A stretch of 64,000 nt of DNA, taken from assembly GCA_963817335.1 (NCBI GenBank), contig CAWFNX010000001.1, forward strand, positions 1,100,820 to 1,164,819. Direction: 5' to 3'. Positions 9,316 to 17,562 of this stretch are shown in pieces. The notes beneath the pieces were generated by a model that was given only the letters and a program-made list of their open reading frames with translations, was not told the origin of the DNA and ran no database searches. Source of the stretch: an uncultured Verrucomicrobiae bacterium (GTDB taxonomy: Bacteria > Verrucomicrobiota > Verrucomicrobiia > Chthoniobacterales > UBA10450). The position numbers were made by a program, and so were the translations under genes. The stretch's first letter is position 1. Every line of letters begins with the position of its first letter.

Positions 9316-11121
9316 TTAACACGGCAATGGGAACCGCCGGGTCATGTCGCGCACTTTTTCGCGAACACGATTGAGCGCGGATTCGTTGGCGCGGTTTTGT
9401 AATGCTTCAGCGATCAAGTCGGAAATTTCCAGCATTTCCTCTTCTTTCATGCCGCGTGTTGTCACTGCGGGAGTTCCAACGCGAATGCCGCCCGGCTTGA
9501 ACGGCGAACTGGTGTCGAACGGGATCGCGTTCTTGTTCACGGTGATGCCCGCGCGATCGAGCGTTTCCTGCGCGTCTTTGCCGTTAAGATCCTTCGGGCG
9601 AAGATCGACCAGCATGAGGTGATTGTCGGTGCCTCCGGAAACGATCCGGTAACCGTGCTTGGCCAAACCGGCGGCAAGCGCCTTGGCGTTGACCACGACC
9701 TGCCGTTGATAATCGCGGAACGTCGGTTGCAAAGCTTCATGAAAACAAACCGCTTTGGCGGCAATGACGTGCATGAGCGGTCCACCCTGAACGCCCGGAA
9801 AAACCGTGGCGTCGATTTGTTTGGCGAATTCTTTCGTGCACAAAACGATTCCGCCGCGCGGGCCGCGCAGACTTTTGTGCGTAGTCGTCGTCACAAACTG
9901 AGCGTGCGGCACCGGGCTTGGATGTTGGCCGCCGGCGACGAGACCGGAAATGTGCGCCATGTCGACGAATAACAGCGCGCCGACCGAGTTGGCGATTTGG
10001 CGCAGCCGCGGAAAATCGATGATGCGCGGATAAGCCGATGCGCCGGCGGTGATCATGGCCGGTCGAACTTCTTCGGCTTGCTTTTGGAGCGCATCGTAAT
10101 CGATTTGCTCTGTCTTCTCGTTCACTCCGTACTGCGACACGGTGTAAAATTTCCCCGAAAAGTTTGCGGGATGGCCGTGGGTGAGATGGCCGCCGTGGGC
10201 GAGATTCATGGCCAGAATCTTGTCGCCGGGTTTCAAAACCGAAAAATAAACCGCCATGTTCGCCTGGGCGCCGCTGTGCGGCTGAACGTTCGCGTGCTCG
10301 GCGCCGAACAATCGCAGGGCGCGATCGATCGCAAGTTGCTCCGCAGTGTCGACGTTCTCACAGCCGCCGTACCAGCGCTTCTTCGGATAACCTTCGGCGT
10401 ACTTGTTCGTTAAACAGGAGCCCTGCGCTTCCATTACGGCGCGGCTGGTGAAATTTTCCGACGCGATAAGCTCGATGTTTTCTCGCTGACGTTTCTCTTC
10501 GGCTTTAATCGCGTCGTAGATTTCGGGATCGACCTTGCGAAGCGCTTCCATCGAACTGCCGCCGTACCATGCCGATCCTGCGCCGGCTGGAAGTGGACGA
10601 GACGGTTCACTCATTGAGTACGAAGATATTCCGCGATTTCGCGCGGCACCAGGAGGAACCAGTTCACTTTGCTCGACAAAACTGAGCACGCTGGGCAGCG
10701 CCTTTTTGATCGTGCGCGCGCAATCTTCGTAAACTTCGCGGCCCATTCCAATGGGATCGGGCACATCGCGCCAGCAGGTCGAACCGGGCTCTTCAAATTC
10801 GCGCAGCAAAAAAGTTTTCTCGGCGCCCTGGGGGAAGAGCATGTGAATGGTCTCGAGATGCGCGCCGGTCATCGCGAAAATATGGGTGGCGCGATCAACC
10901 AGATCGGCCGTCAGCGGTTGGCTGCGCAGATCGCCGATATCTACGCCGTCGGATTCGCAAACCTGGACCGCGTAAAGACTTGGCGGCTGTCCGCGCACCG
11001 CATGCACCCCGGCCGAAGCCACTTCGATGTCCTGGCGATTTCCAACCAGCCGGCGAAAAAGCCCTTCCGCGATCGGACTGCGGCAAATATTGCCTGTGCA
11101 AACAAAGAGGACGTGTTTCAC
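9316..11121 (-). CDS. glyA: Low-molecular-weight protein phosphatase domain fused in frame to serine hydroxymethyltransferase
   Basis: The N-terminus has [17 protein letters not shown] (CX5R-S loop) and DVPDPIG. After a ~35-aa linker comes a complete SHMT (IELIASENF..., [14 protein letters not shown]). No in-frame stop separates the two domains. Confidence 0.85.
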   Translation of the reverse strand: MKHVLFVCTGNICRSPIAEGLFRRLVGNRQDIEVASAGVHAVRGQPPSLYAVQVCESDGVDIGDLRSQPLTADLVDRATHIFAMTGAHLETIHMLFPQGAEKTFLLREFEEPGSTCWRDVPDPIGMGREVYEDCARTIKKALPSVLSFVEQSELVPPGAARNRGISSYSMSEPSRPLPAGAGSAWYGGSSMEALRKVDPEIYDAIKAEEKRQRENIELIASENFTSRAVMEAQGSCLTNKYAEGYPKKRWYGGCENVDTAEQLAIDRALRLFGAEHANVQPHSGAQANMAVYFSVLKPGDKILAMNLAHGGHLTHGHPANFSGKFYTVSQYGVNEKTEQIDYDALQKQAEEVRPAMITAGASAYPRIIDFPRLRQIANSVGALLFVDMAHISGLVAGGQHPSPVPHAQFVTTTTHKSLRGPRGGIVLCTKEFAKQIDATVFPGVQGGPLMHVIAAKAVCFHEALQPTFRDYQRQVVVNAKALAAGLAKHGYRIVSGGTDNHLMLVDLRPKDLNGKDAQETLDRAGITVNKNAIPFDTSSPFKPGGIRVGTPAVTTRGMKEEEMLEISDLIAEALQNRANESALNRVREKVRDMTRRFPLPC

Positions 11122-11297
11122 GATTCTCGTCGCGCTTGCGAACGCGAGAACAAGTTAGGTTTGAACGAGAAGAAGGTCAAAGGTGGATCGCGACCTCCCG
11201 GCGCGATTTCAAGTTTCAGGCGACTTGGCTTCGATTATTTTAGCAACGCGCTCGGAGATCGCGTTCCACCTCGGCGAATCCCGGTGTATAAAGACGC

Positions 11298-12266
11298 GTG
11301 AGTTCGATTTGGAAAAAAATCCGGCATCGCCTGGAGTGGGCTGGTTTGCTTCTTGCCACCAAACTCATTCCAACGCTCTCGCGCGAAGCTTGTTATCGCC
11401 TGGCGCTTGGGCTCGGCAGCTTGATGTCGGTTCTCGACCAGCATGGACGGAAGGTCGCGTTGAGCAATCTGGAGGTCGCGTTTGGGGACCGATTCACGCC
11501 GCACGAACGCGAGCGGATCATGCGAGAATCTTTTCAGAATTTCGCGCGCACGATGCTGGACCTTTTGTGGAGCCCTCGCCTGACCGCCGACAATTTTTCG
11601 AAATACATTGAGCTCGAAAATCTCGAAGAGACTGCACGCTACGGACCGGAGCGATCGATCATGATCGCCTGCTATCACTACAGCAATTTCGAATGGCTCA
11701 GTCTGGCCTGCGGTTTTCTCGATCTGAAAGGCACAATTATTTCGCAGGAATTTAAGAACTCGTTGCTCGATCCGATTTTCAAAAGATTACGCGAACAATC
11801 CGGGCACGAATTGATTCCGCGCCAGGGCGGGATTGTGCGGCTTTACAAAGTCATGCGCCGCAAAGGGCGCACCGCATTGCTGGTCGACCTGACGCTGCAT
11901 CCAAGAATGCCGTCAGTCGCAATCGAGTGTTTCGGTTTGAAAACGAGCGTGACCTCGGCCCACGCATGGCTCAGCGAACAAACTGGAGCGCCAATTATTC
12001 CCGCGCACACCGAGCCACTGCCAAATGGGCGGTATCGACTGGTGTTTCATCCGAAAGTCGAAACCGCCGGCCGAAACTATCAACAAATTGCGCAAGCTTG
12101 TTGGGATTCGTTTGAGCCGTACGTGCGAAAAAATCCCGCGCCCTGGCTTTGGATGTACAAGCATTGGCGTTACAAACCCGCGACCGCGGGTCGGCCGTAT
12201 CCGTTTTATGCCCGCCCGCATCGCCGTTTCGACAAACGGATCGCCAGCGGGGCTGGTGAGTTGTAG
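11298..12266 (+). CDS. Lipid A biosynthesis (LpxL/HtrB-like) lysophospholipid acyltransferase family protein
   Basis: RHRLEWAGLLLATKLIP..., CYHYSNFEW, and PWLWMYKHWRY at the C-terminus are typical of this family. GTG start. The stop TAG lies inside the repeat at 12262. Confidence 0.7.
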   Translation: MSSIWKKIRHRLEWAGLLLATKLIPTLSREACYRLALGLGSLMSVLDQHGRKVALSNLEVAFGDRFTPHERERIMRESFQNFARTMLDLLWSPRLTADNFSKYIELENLEETARYGPERSIMIACYHYSNFEWLSLACGFLDLKGTIISQEFKNSLLDPIFKRLREQSGHELIPRQGGIVRLYKVMRRKGRTALLVDLTLHPRMPSVAIECFGLKTSVTSAHAWLSEQTGAPIIPAHTEPLPNGRYRLVFHPKVETAGRNYQQIAQACWDSFEPYVRKNPAPWLWMYKHWRYKPATAGRPYPFYARPHRRFDKRIASGAGEL

Positions 12267-12320
12267 GGCGTCTGTGTCAGACGCCAAACCCGAGCAGCCG
12301 TCTCACAGAGACGGCCTACA
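12262..12320. repeat. GTAG...CTAC double-hairpin element (family 3-like variant)
   Basis: tgtagg + hairpin ggcgtctg-tg-tcagacgcc + linker + hairpin gccgtctc-aca-gagacggc + cctaca. Confidence 0.8.
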
Positions 12321-12375
12321 ATCCGATTCGATCAGAAGGGTTGACAAAACTCGGCGCTCCTTTTCAAGTACCGCC

Positions 12376-12999
12376 ATGCGAATCGTTTCCCGTTTAGCTT
12401 TGGCCTTTGCCGTTCCAGTCGCGTTGTCGTTCTTTACCGGTTGCGAAACCGGCGGCGGTGGAGCGGCCTACAAAGGAGGAAGGTCCTATCACGTCGTTGC
12501 TTACAAGCCGCACGACCAGTCGATGGTCCAGGTGAAGCTCTCCAAGAGCACGCAAACCGTTTACGTCATGGAAGGCGATCGATTGCTGATGGCCGCGCAG
12601 GCGAACGTCGGCCGGGGCGGCGCTGAAACGCCGTCGGGCAACTACTCGATTATCAACAAGGATAAGACCAAACGCCGTGTCAGCGAGCCGGATGCCGGTT
12701 ACCCGATGGCCTATTGGTGTGAATTCGCGCCGGCTTACGGATTTCACGAAGGTTTTGTCTGGTCAACACCGCGGACGCACGGCTGTGTTCGGATGCATCG
12801 CGAAGCGGCGGCCCGCCTTTACGCTCTCGTAAGAATCGGAACTCCCGTCCACATCGCGCAGTCTTTTCCCGAAGATGCAAAATATGCGAAGGACGTGGTG
12901 CGGATTGATCAAAGCCGCGATCCTGATCCGCCGCGTTCATTAATGATGTCTTCCGCTTGGTTCAAAGATCCACCGGGCCCGTTGTTGATCGATCAATAA
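12376..12999 (+). CDS. L,D-transpeptidase (YkuD domain) lipoprotein
   Basis: MRIVSRLALAFAVPVALSFFTGC signal/lipobox and catalytic motif YGFHEG...THGCVRMH. The listed longer ORF (from 12025) reads through the previous gene and the repeat. Confidence 0.8.
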   Translation: MRIVSRLALAFAVPVALSFFTGCETGGGGAAYKGGRSYHVVAYKPHDQSMVQVKLSKSTQTVYVMEGDRLLMAAQANVGRGGAETPSGNYSIINKDKTKRRVSEPDAGYPMAYWCEFAPAYGFHEGFVWSTPRTHGCVRMHREAAARLYALVRIGTPVHIAQSFPEDAKYAKDVVRIDQSRDPDPPRSLMMSSAWFKDPPGPLLIDQ

Positions 13000-13065
13000 G
13001 CGTGCGCAGATAGGCTGCGATTGCCGGCTGAAAACCGGCGGTAACGTGTTAAACTTTCCGAAGTT

Positions 13066-14304
13066 GTGAGCACGAACCTCATTTCCAGCGGGACGACGGC
13101 GCGCGAGAAGGTAAACTTGCGCACGCCGGACGTGATGGCGGCAGTTCAGGAACAGGTCGAACAGCATTACCGCAGCGATATTGTCGATAAAGTCCGGCGG
13201 GCCGGCGGAGTCATCAACGTTGGCGACACCACCGTCCGGCTGGCGAAGCAGTTTGGTTTTTGTTACGGGGTTGAGCGCGCAATCGATCTCGCGTATGCAG
13301 CGCGGAAAGTTTTCAAGGACCGCCGGCTCTTTATTGTCGGTGAAATCATTCACAATCCCGAAGTCAATCATCAGATCGCGTCGCTGGGGATCAAGAATCT
13401 CACCGGTCGCAACAAGCAGGCCGACATTTCCGGTCTTCAACCGGACGACATTGTGATTGTGCCGGCGTTTGGAACTGAGTTGTCGATTTTGCAGCAAATC
13501 AAAGAGCGCGGCTGTCAGATTGTGGACACGACCTGCGGCGACGTGATGAGCGTTTGGAAGCGCGTCCGTAAATATGCCAGCGAATCCGCCACTTCGATTA
13601 TCCATGGCAAGGCGGAACACGAGGAGACGAAAGCCACCAGCTCCCGAGCGCTTGGCGACGGCAACGGGCATTATCTGGTGGTGCTCACCTTGGCCGATAC
13701 CGATTACGTTTGTGATTACATTCGCCACGGCGGCGACAAGAAAAAGTTCCTCGAGAAATTCAAGGGCGCTTATTCGCTGGGATTCGATCCGGACGTGCAT
13801 TTGAAGACCGTTGGGGTCGCGAATCAGACGACGATGTTGCGGGGTGAGACCGAGGAGGTGCAACGCCGAATCCGCCAGGCAGTGGTGGATCGTGACGGAC
13901 AGGATGAAGCCGCGAAAAACTTTCGTTTTTTCGACACGATTTGTGGCGCAACCCAGGAACGTCAGGACGCATTGCGCGAATTGCTCGGTGTGAAGATGGA
14001 TTTGCTACTGGTGGTGGGCGGTTACAACAGCTCGAATACGTCGCACCTGGCCGAAATGGGCGAGGAGAAACTGCCGACTTATTTTGTGCTGAACGCTTCC
14101 CGATTGGTGTCGCGCGCTGAAATCAAGCATTACAATTTGCATGAGAAACGAGAAGTCGTTTCCCATTTTTGGCTGCCGCCCGGTCCGGCCGTCGTCGGAA
14201 TTACCGCTGGCGCCTCTTGTCCAAACAACTTGATTGAAGAAACGCTGATTCGGCTATTCGAGCTCCGCGGCATTCCGCGCCAGCAACTCGAATTGGCAGC
14301 ATAA
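13066..14304 (+). CDS. ispH: 4-hydroxy-3-methylbut-2-enyl diphosphate reductase (long form)
   Basis: FGFCYGVERAI, PAFG, VGGYNSSNTSHL; GTG start. Confidence 0.9.
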   Translation: MSTNLISSGTTAREKVNLRTPDVMAAVQEQVEQHYRSDIVDKVRRAGGVINVGDTTVRLAKQFGFCYGVERAIDLAYAARKVFKDRRLFIVGEIIHNPEVNHQIASLGIKNLTGRNKQADISGLQPDDIVIVPAFGTELSILQQIKERGCQIVDTTCGDVMSVWKRVRKYASESATSIIHGKAEHEETKATSSRALGDGNGHYLVVLTLADTDYVCDYIRHGGDKKKFLEKFKGAYSLGFDPDVHLKTVGVANQTTMLRGETEEVQRRIRQAVVDRDGQDEAAKNFRFFDTICGATQERQDALRELLGVKMDLLLVVGGYNSSNTSHLAEMGEEKLPTYFVLNASRLVSRAEIKHYNLHEKREVVSHFWLPPGPAVVGITAGASCPNNLIEETLIRLFELRGIPRQQLELAA

Positions 14305-14305
14305 A

Positions 14306-14358
14306 GGTAGCGGCGATTGACCTCAATCGCCATGGCCGTTCGGTGAACGGCCGCTACC
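14306..14358. repeat. GTAG...CTAC double-hairpin element (family 2)
   Basis: ggtagcgg + hairpin cgattga-cc-tcaatcg + catg + hairpin ggccgttc-ggt-gaacggcc + gctacc. It begins 2 nt after the ispH stop codon. Confidence 0.85.
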
Positions 14359-14437
14359 AGACTATGCCAACCCAAACGCGCTCGGAGAACGCGTTCCACC
14401 CGCAAAGCGGTCACGCCGTGCGTTCTATTTATGAGAT

Positions 14438-15274
14438 ATGGCAAGGGCAATTTGGAAAGGCAGTATCAGTTTCGGGTTGGTCAACATTCCGATCGCGCTC
14501 TATCCGGCGACCCGGAAAGAGGACCTCAAGTTTCGTCTGCTTCGCAAGACCGATTTGAGTCCGGTTAATTACAAACGCGTGGCGGAGAAGGACGGCAAAG
14601 AGGTCCCGTGGGACCAGATCGTCAAAGGTTACCAGTACGAAAAAGGCAAATACGTCGTTCTGAAAGAAGAAGACTTTGACCGGGTTGATGTCGAAGCAAC
14701 CCAGACGGTCGATATTCAGGATTTTGTGGATCTGGATGAGATCGACCCGATCTTCTTCTACAAACCGTACTATTTAGAGCCGCAAAAAGGGGGCGACAAA
14801 GCCTACGCTCTTTTGCGCGATTCTTTGAAAGAAAAGAAAAAGGTCGGAATCGCCAAAGTCGTGATCAAGACCCGCGAATATCTCGCTGGAGTGAAACCCG
14901 AAGGCGGCGCGCTCGTTCTCGAGTTAATGCACTTTGGCGACGAACTGATCGACACCAGCAGGTTGCATATTCCGAAAAAGATCGAGGTTGGTAAGCGCGA
15001 GCTCAACATGGCCACCGCATTGATCGACAGCATGAGCGCGAAATGGAACCCCGAAAAATACAAGGATGATTATCGCGAGGCGCTGATGCATGTGATCGAA
15101 GAAAAAGTGGAGGCCGGCGGAAAAGAGATCGAGGAGAAGCCGAGGAAGGCGGCGAAGCCGACCAAAGTCATAGATCTGGTGAAGATTTTGCAGAAAAGCC
15201 TCGAGCAAACTGGCGCGAAGAAAAAAACAGCGCGGGCCGGTAAACATCCGCAACGGCATAAGAAAGCCGCGTAA
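14438..15274 (+). CDS. ku: Ku protein (non-homologous end joining)
   Basis: MARAIWKGSISFGLVNIPIALYPAT and a Lys-rich C-terminal tail. Confidence 0.9.
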   Translation: MARAIWKGSISFGLVNIPIALYPATRKEDLKFRLLRKTDLSPVNYKRVAEKDGKEVPWDQIVKGYQYEKGKYVVLKEEDFDRVDVEATQTVDIQDFVDLDEIDPIFFYKPYYLEPQKGGDKAYALLRDSLKEKKKVGIAKVVIKTREYLAGVKPEGGALVLELMHFGDELIDTSRLHIPKKIEVGKRELNMATALIDSMSAKWNPEKYKDDYREALMHVIEEKVEAGGKEIEEKPRKAAKPTKVIDLVKILQKSLEQTGAKKKTARAGKHPQRHKKAA

Positions 15275-15337
15275 TACGCGGCCCGAATCAGCTGTGATCT
15301 TGACACCCCAGATCAACATCGTGCAGCCTGAGCGGCC

Positions 15338-15748
15338 ATGAACTCGCTGAATCGATTTGCAGATCCGGTGTTTTGCATCACTCGACTGATTGTAGGTTTA
15401 CTTTACGCCTCCCACGGCGGACAAAAAATTCTTGGATTTCCGCCCGGCGGACACGGTGCGGGACAAGGAATGATGATCCTTGGCGGTTGGATCGAACTGG
15501 TCTGTGGATTCATGATCGCCTTCGGATTTCTAACTCGAATCGCTGCCTTCATCGCCAGCGGCGAAATGGCAGTTGCATATTTTATGGTGCACGCGCCCGG
15601 AGGATTTTTCCCAATTGTGAATCATGGCGAGTCGGCGGTGTTCTATTGCTGGTTCTTTTTCTTCACCATATTTTACGGCGCCGGACGGTGGAGCGTCGAT
15701 GCGATGATTGGCCAGGGAAAGGCACCGGCGGTCGCGACTGCAACTTAG
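15338..15748 (+). CDS. DoxX family membrane protein
   Basis: LIVGLLYASHGGQKILGFPPG and four hydrophobic segments. Confidence 0.75.
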   Translation: MNSLNRFADPVFCITRLIVGLLYASHGGQKILGFPPGGHGAGQGMMILGGWIELVCGFMIAFGFLTRIAAFIASGEMAVAYFMVHAPGGFFPIVNHGESAVFYCWFFFFTIFYGAGRWSVDAMIGQGKAPAVATAT

Positions 15749-15762
15749 GCAAAGCATTCATT

Positions 15763-16560
15763 ATGGCGTCGAGGTGCGGCTTCGCTTTTCTCACCTGTTT
15801 GTCCCTGGCGCTCACGATCTCTGCGGAGGAGATTAAGGACTTCGGCCGGGACAGACTGAACAGTTCGCCGCGTCACGCAGACTGGGTCGACATCAAATCC
15901 GGCGATCGAACCATCAAAGCGTTTGTGGTTTATCCCGAATCAAAGAACAAAACCCCGGTCGTGCTGGTGGTCAGCGAGATTTTCGGTCTGACCGATTGGG
16001 TGCGGAGTTTGTGCGATGAGCTGGCGGAAAACGGCGTGATCGCAATCGCACCGGACCTTCACGGCGGCCAAAAATTTGAAGACTTGGACGGTGCGCGCAA
16101 AGCGACTTCGGCATTGCCAAAAGACCAGGTGCAACGCGATTTGGATGCGACTGCCGATTATGCTCTGACGAAAATTCCGGCCGCCAACGGCACGCTGGCG
16201 ATTTGCGGATTCTGCTGGGGAGGGGGATGGAGTTTCAGTTACGCCCACATGAATCCGAAATTGAAAGCCGCTTATTCTTTCTACGGAGTTGCGGTCGACA
16301 ATGCGGATGATGCGAAGAAGGTCGCCTGTCCGGTTTACGGATTTTACGCCGAGAACGACGAGCGGGTCGATGCGACCATTCCGAAAGGCGAAGAACTCAT
16401 GAAAGCGGCTGGCAAGAAATACGAGCCGGTGATTTACAAGGGCGCCGGCCACGGATTCATGCGTTCGGGCGAACCAAATAATCCAGCCAAACGCGACGGC
16501 GACGCAAAAGCGCGCGACGAAGCCTGGGCGAGATGGAAGACGCTGCTAAAGCAGCTGTAG
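15763..16560 (+). CDS. Dienelactone hydrolase family protein (secreted)
   Basis: Signal peptide MASRCGFAFLTCLSLALTISA, VVLVVSEIFGL, nucleophile context CGFCWGG, and GAGHGF. The listed 395-aa ORF start overlaps doxX in another frame. Confidence 0.8.
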   Translation: MASRCGFAFLTCLSLALTISAEEIKDFGRDRLNSSPRHADWVDIKSGDRTIKAFVVYPESKNKTPVVLVVSEIFGLTDWVRSLCDELAENGVIAIAPDLHGGQKFEDLDGARKATSALPKDQVQRDLDATADYALTKIPAANGTLAICGFCWGGGWSFSYAHMNPKLKAAYSFYGVAVDNADDAKKVACPVYGFYAENDERVDATIPKGEELMKAAGKKYEPVIYKGAGHGFMRSGEPNNPAKRDGDAKARDEAWARWKTLLKQL

Positions 16561-16572
16561 ACTGAAAAGCGT

Positions 16573-16929
16573 ATGCGTGTCCCCCTCATCGCAAGCATTC
16601 TTGCTCTCTTTGTTGTTTCAGGCGTCAGGGCAGTTGCCGGAGAAGTTAGCGGACCGTTTGCAAATCGCGTGTCGCCGTCAGATGTCGCCCAAGTCAAGGC
16701 TGCTATCTCCAAGGAACGTCACATCTCGCACAACGTGAAGAAAATTGAGGCAGTCCGTCCCGACAAGGTCGCCATTCAGACGACGGCCAGAACTGCAGTT
16801 GACGAAAATACCACTTACGATTTCATCGTCTACAAGCGCTCGGGCGCGTGGCAGATCGATTCGAATTCAATTCAGATCTCGATCGAACAAAGGGATCTCC
16901 GAACCAATGGTCCGATATTCATCAGGTAG
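16573..16929 (+). CDS. Hypothetical secreted protein
   Basis: Signal peptide MRVPLIASILALFVVSGVRAVAG. I recognised no family. The stop TAG lies inside the half-element at 16925. Confidence 0.5.
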   Translation: MRVPLIASILALFVVSGVRAVAGEVSGPFANRVSPSDVAQVKAAISKERHISHNVKKIEAVRPDKVAIQTTARTAVDENTTYDFIVYKRSGAWQIDSNSIQISIEQRDLRTNGPIFIR

Positions 16930-16950
16930 CGGCGACTGACCTCAGTCGCC
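16925..16950. repeat. Half copy of family 2 GTAG element
   Basis: ggtagcgg + hairpin cgactga-cc-tcagtcg. The second hairpin and the CTAC arm are absent. Confidence 0.65.
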
Positions 16951-16982
16951 ATCCCCAAGGACGTGCAGACAAACAGTATAAT

Positions 16983-17036
16983 GGTAGGGACATCGCGCTG
17001 CGATGTCCGCGGACGCCGCGGCGCGGCGTCCCTACC
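16983..17036. repeat. GTAG...CTAC double-hairpin / REPIN-like element (family 1)
   Basis: ggtagggacatcgcgctgcgatgtccgcggacgccgcggcgcggcgtccctacc. Outer stem ggtagg/cctacc, with inner hairpins ggacatcgc/gcgatgtcc and ggacgccgc/gcggcgtcc. Confidence 0.85.
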
Positions 17037-17057
17037 TCACACGCGAGCCATGCGATA

Positions 17058-17507
17058 ATGCGGCCGATTCGAAAGCAACTGCCGCACGAGGTCCCGCATT
17101 GGGTCGATCTTGATAAGGCAATTTATTTCATCACGATCTGTTGTCGGCGGCGTGGCATAGGGCAGCTTACCGACGCCGAAATCGCGCAACGACTACTCGA
17201 ATCAATAGAATACAGACATAGAAACGCTGATTGGTACATGCATTTCGCCCTGCTGATGCCGGATCACGTGCATTTTATCGCGTCCTTTCCTGAAAGGGCC
17301 AAAAACATGCAGACCGTTCTCAGCAAATGGAAGGAATGGACGGCAAAATCTTTCAAAGTTAAATGGCAGCGCGATTTCTTCGAACATCGGCTTCGCGGAG
17401 ACGAAGGCTTCGACGAGAAGGCAGACTACATTCGCGCGAATCCTGTGCGGGCCGGTCTGGTGAGCAACGCAGACGATTGGCCTTACGTCTTTGTTGCGGA
17501 TCAGTGA
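17058..17507 (+). CDS. REP-associated tyrosine transposase (IS200/IS605-like Y1 HUH transposase)
   Basis: 149 aa with YFITICC, HUH-type motif LMPDHVHFI, and a Tyr-containing helix KADYIRANPVRAGLV. Flanked by REP-like palindromes. Confidence 0.85.
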   Translation: MRPIRKQLPHEVPHWVDLDKAIYFITICCRRRGIGQLTDAEIAQRLLESIEYRHRNADWYMHFALLMPDHVHFIASFPERAKNMQTVLSKWKEWTAKSFKVKWQRDFFEHRLRGDEGFDEKADYIRANPVRAGLVSNADDWPYVFVADQ

Positions 17508-17508
17508 T

Positions 17509-17562
17509 GGTAGGGACATCGCGCTGCGATGTCCGCGGACGTCGCAGCGCGATGTCCCTACC
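17509..17562. repeat. GTAG...CTAC double-hairpin / REPIN-like element (family 1)
   Basis: ggtagggacatcgcgctgcgatgtccgcggacgtcgcagcgcgatgtccctacc. The whole element is almost self-complementary. It overlaps the stop codon of the S46 peptidase gene. Confidence 0.85.

Larger units (their letters stand above)
16983..17562 (+). mobile_element. REP-RAYT-REP unit
   Basis: A tyrosine transposase-like ORF is bracketed by two 54-bp near-identical palindromic elements, one 21 nt upstream of its ATG and one 1 nt after its stop. Confidence 0.8.

Noticed and set aside
12940-13863. 307-aa ORF on the minus strand
   Set aside because: It lies entirely antisense to ispH, which has unmistakable family motifs. 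Its product is low-complexity and Arg/Leu-rich with no recognisable domain. This is a typical shadow ORF in GC-rich DNA.
15373-15762. N-terminal 130 codons of the listed 395-aa ORF (15373-16560)
   Set aside because: This part overlaps the DoxX gene in a different frame. The dienelactone hydrolase homology and a signal peptide begin at Met 15763.
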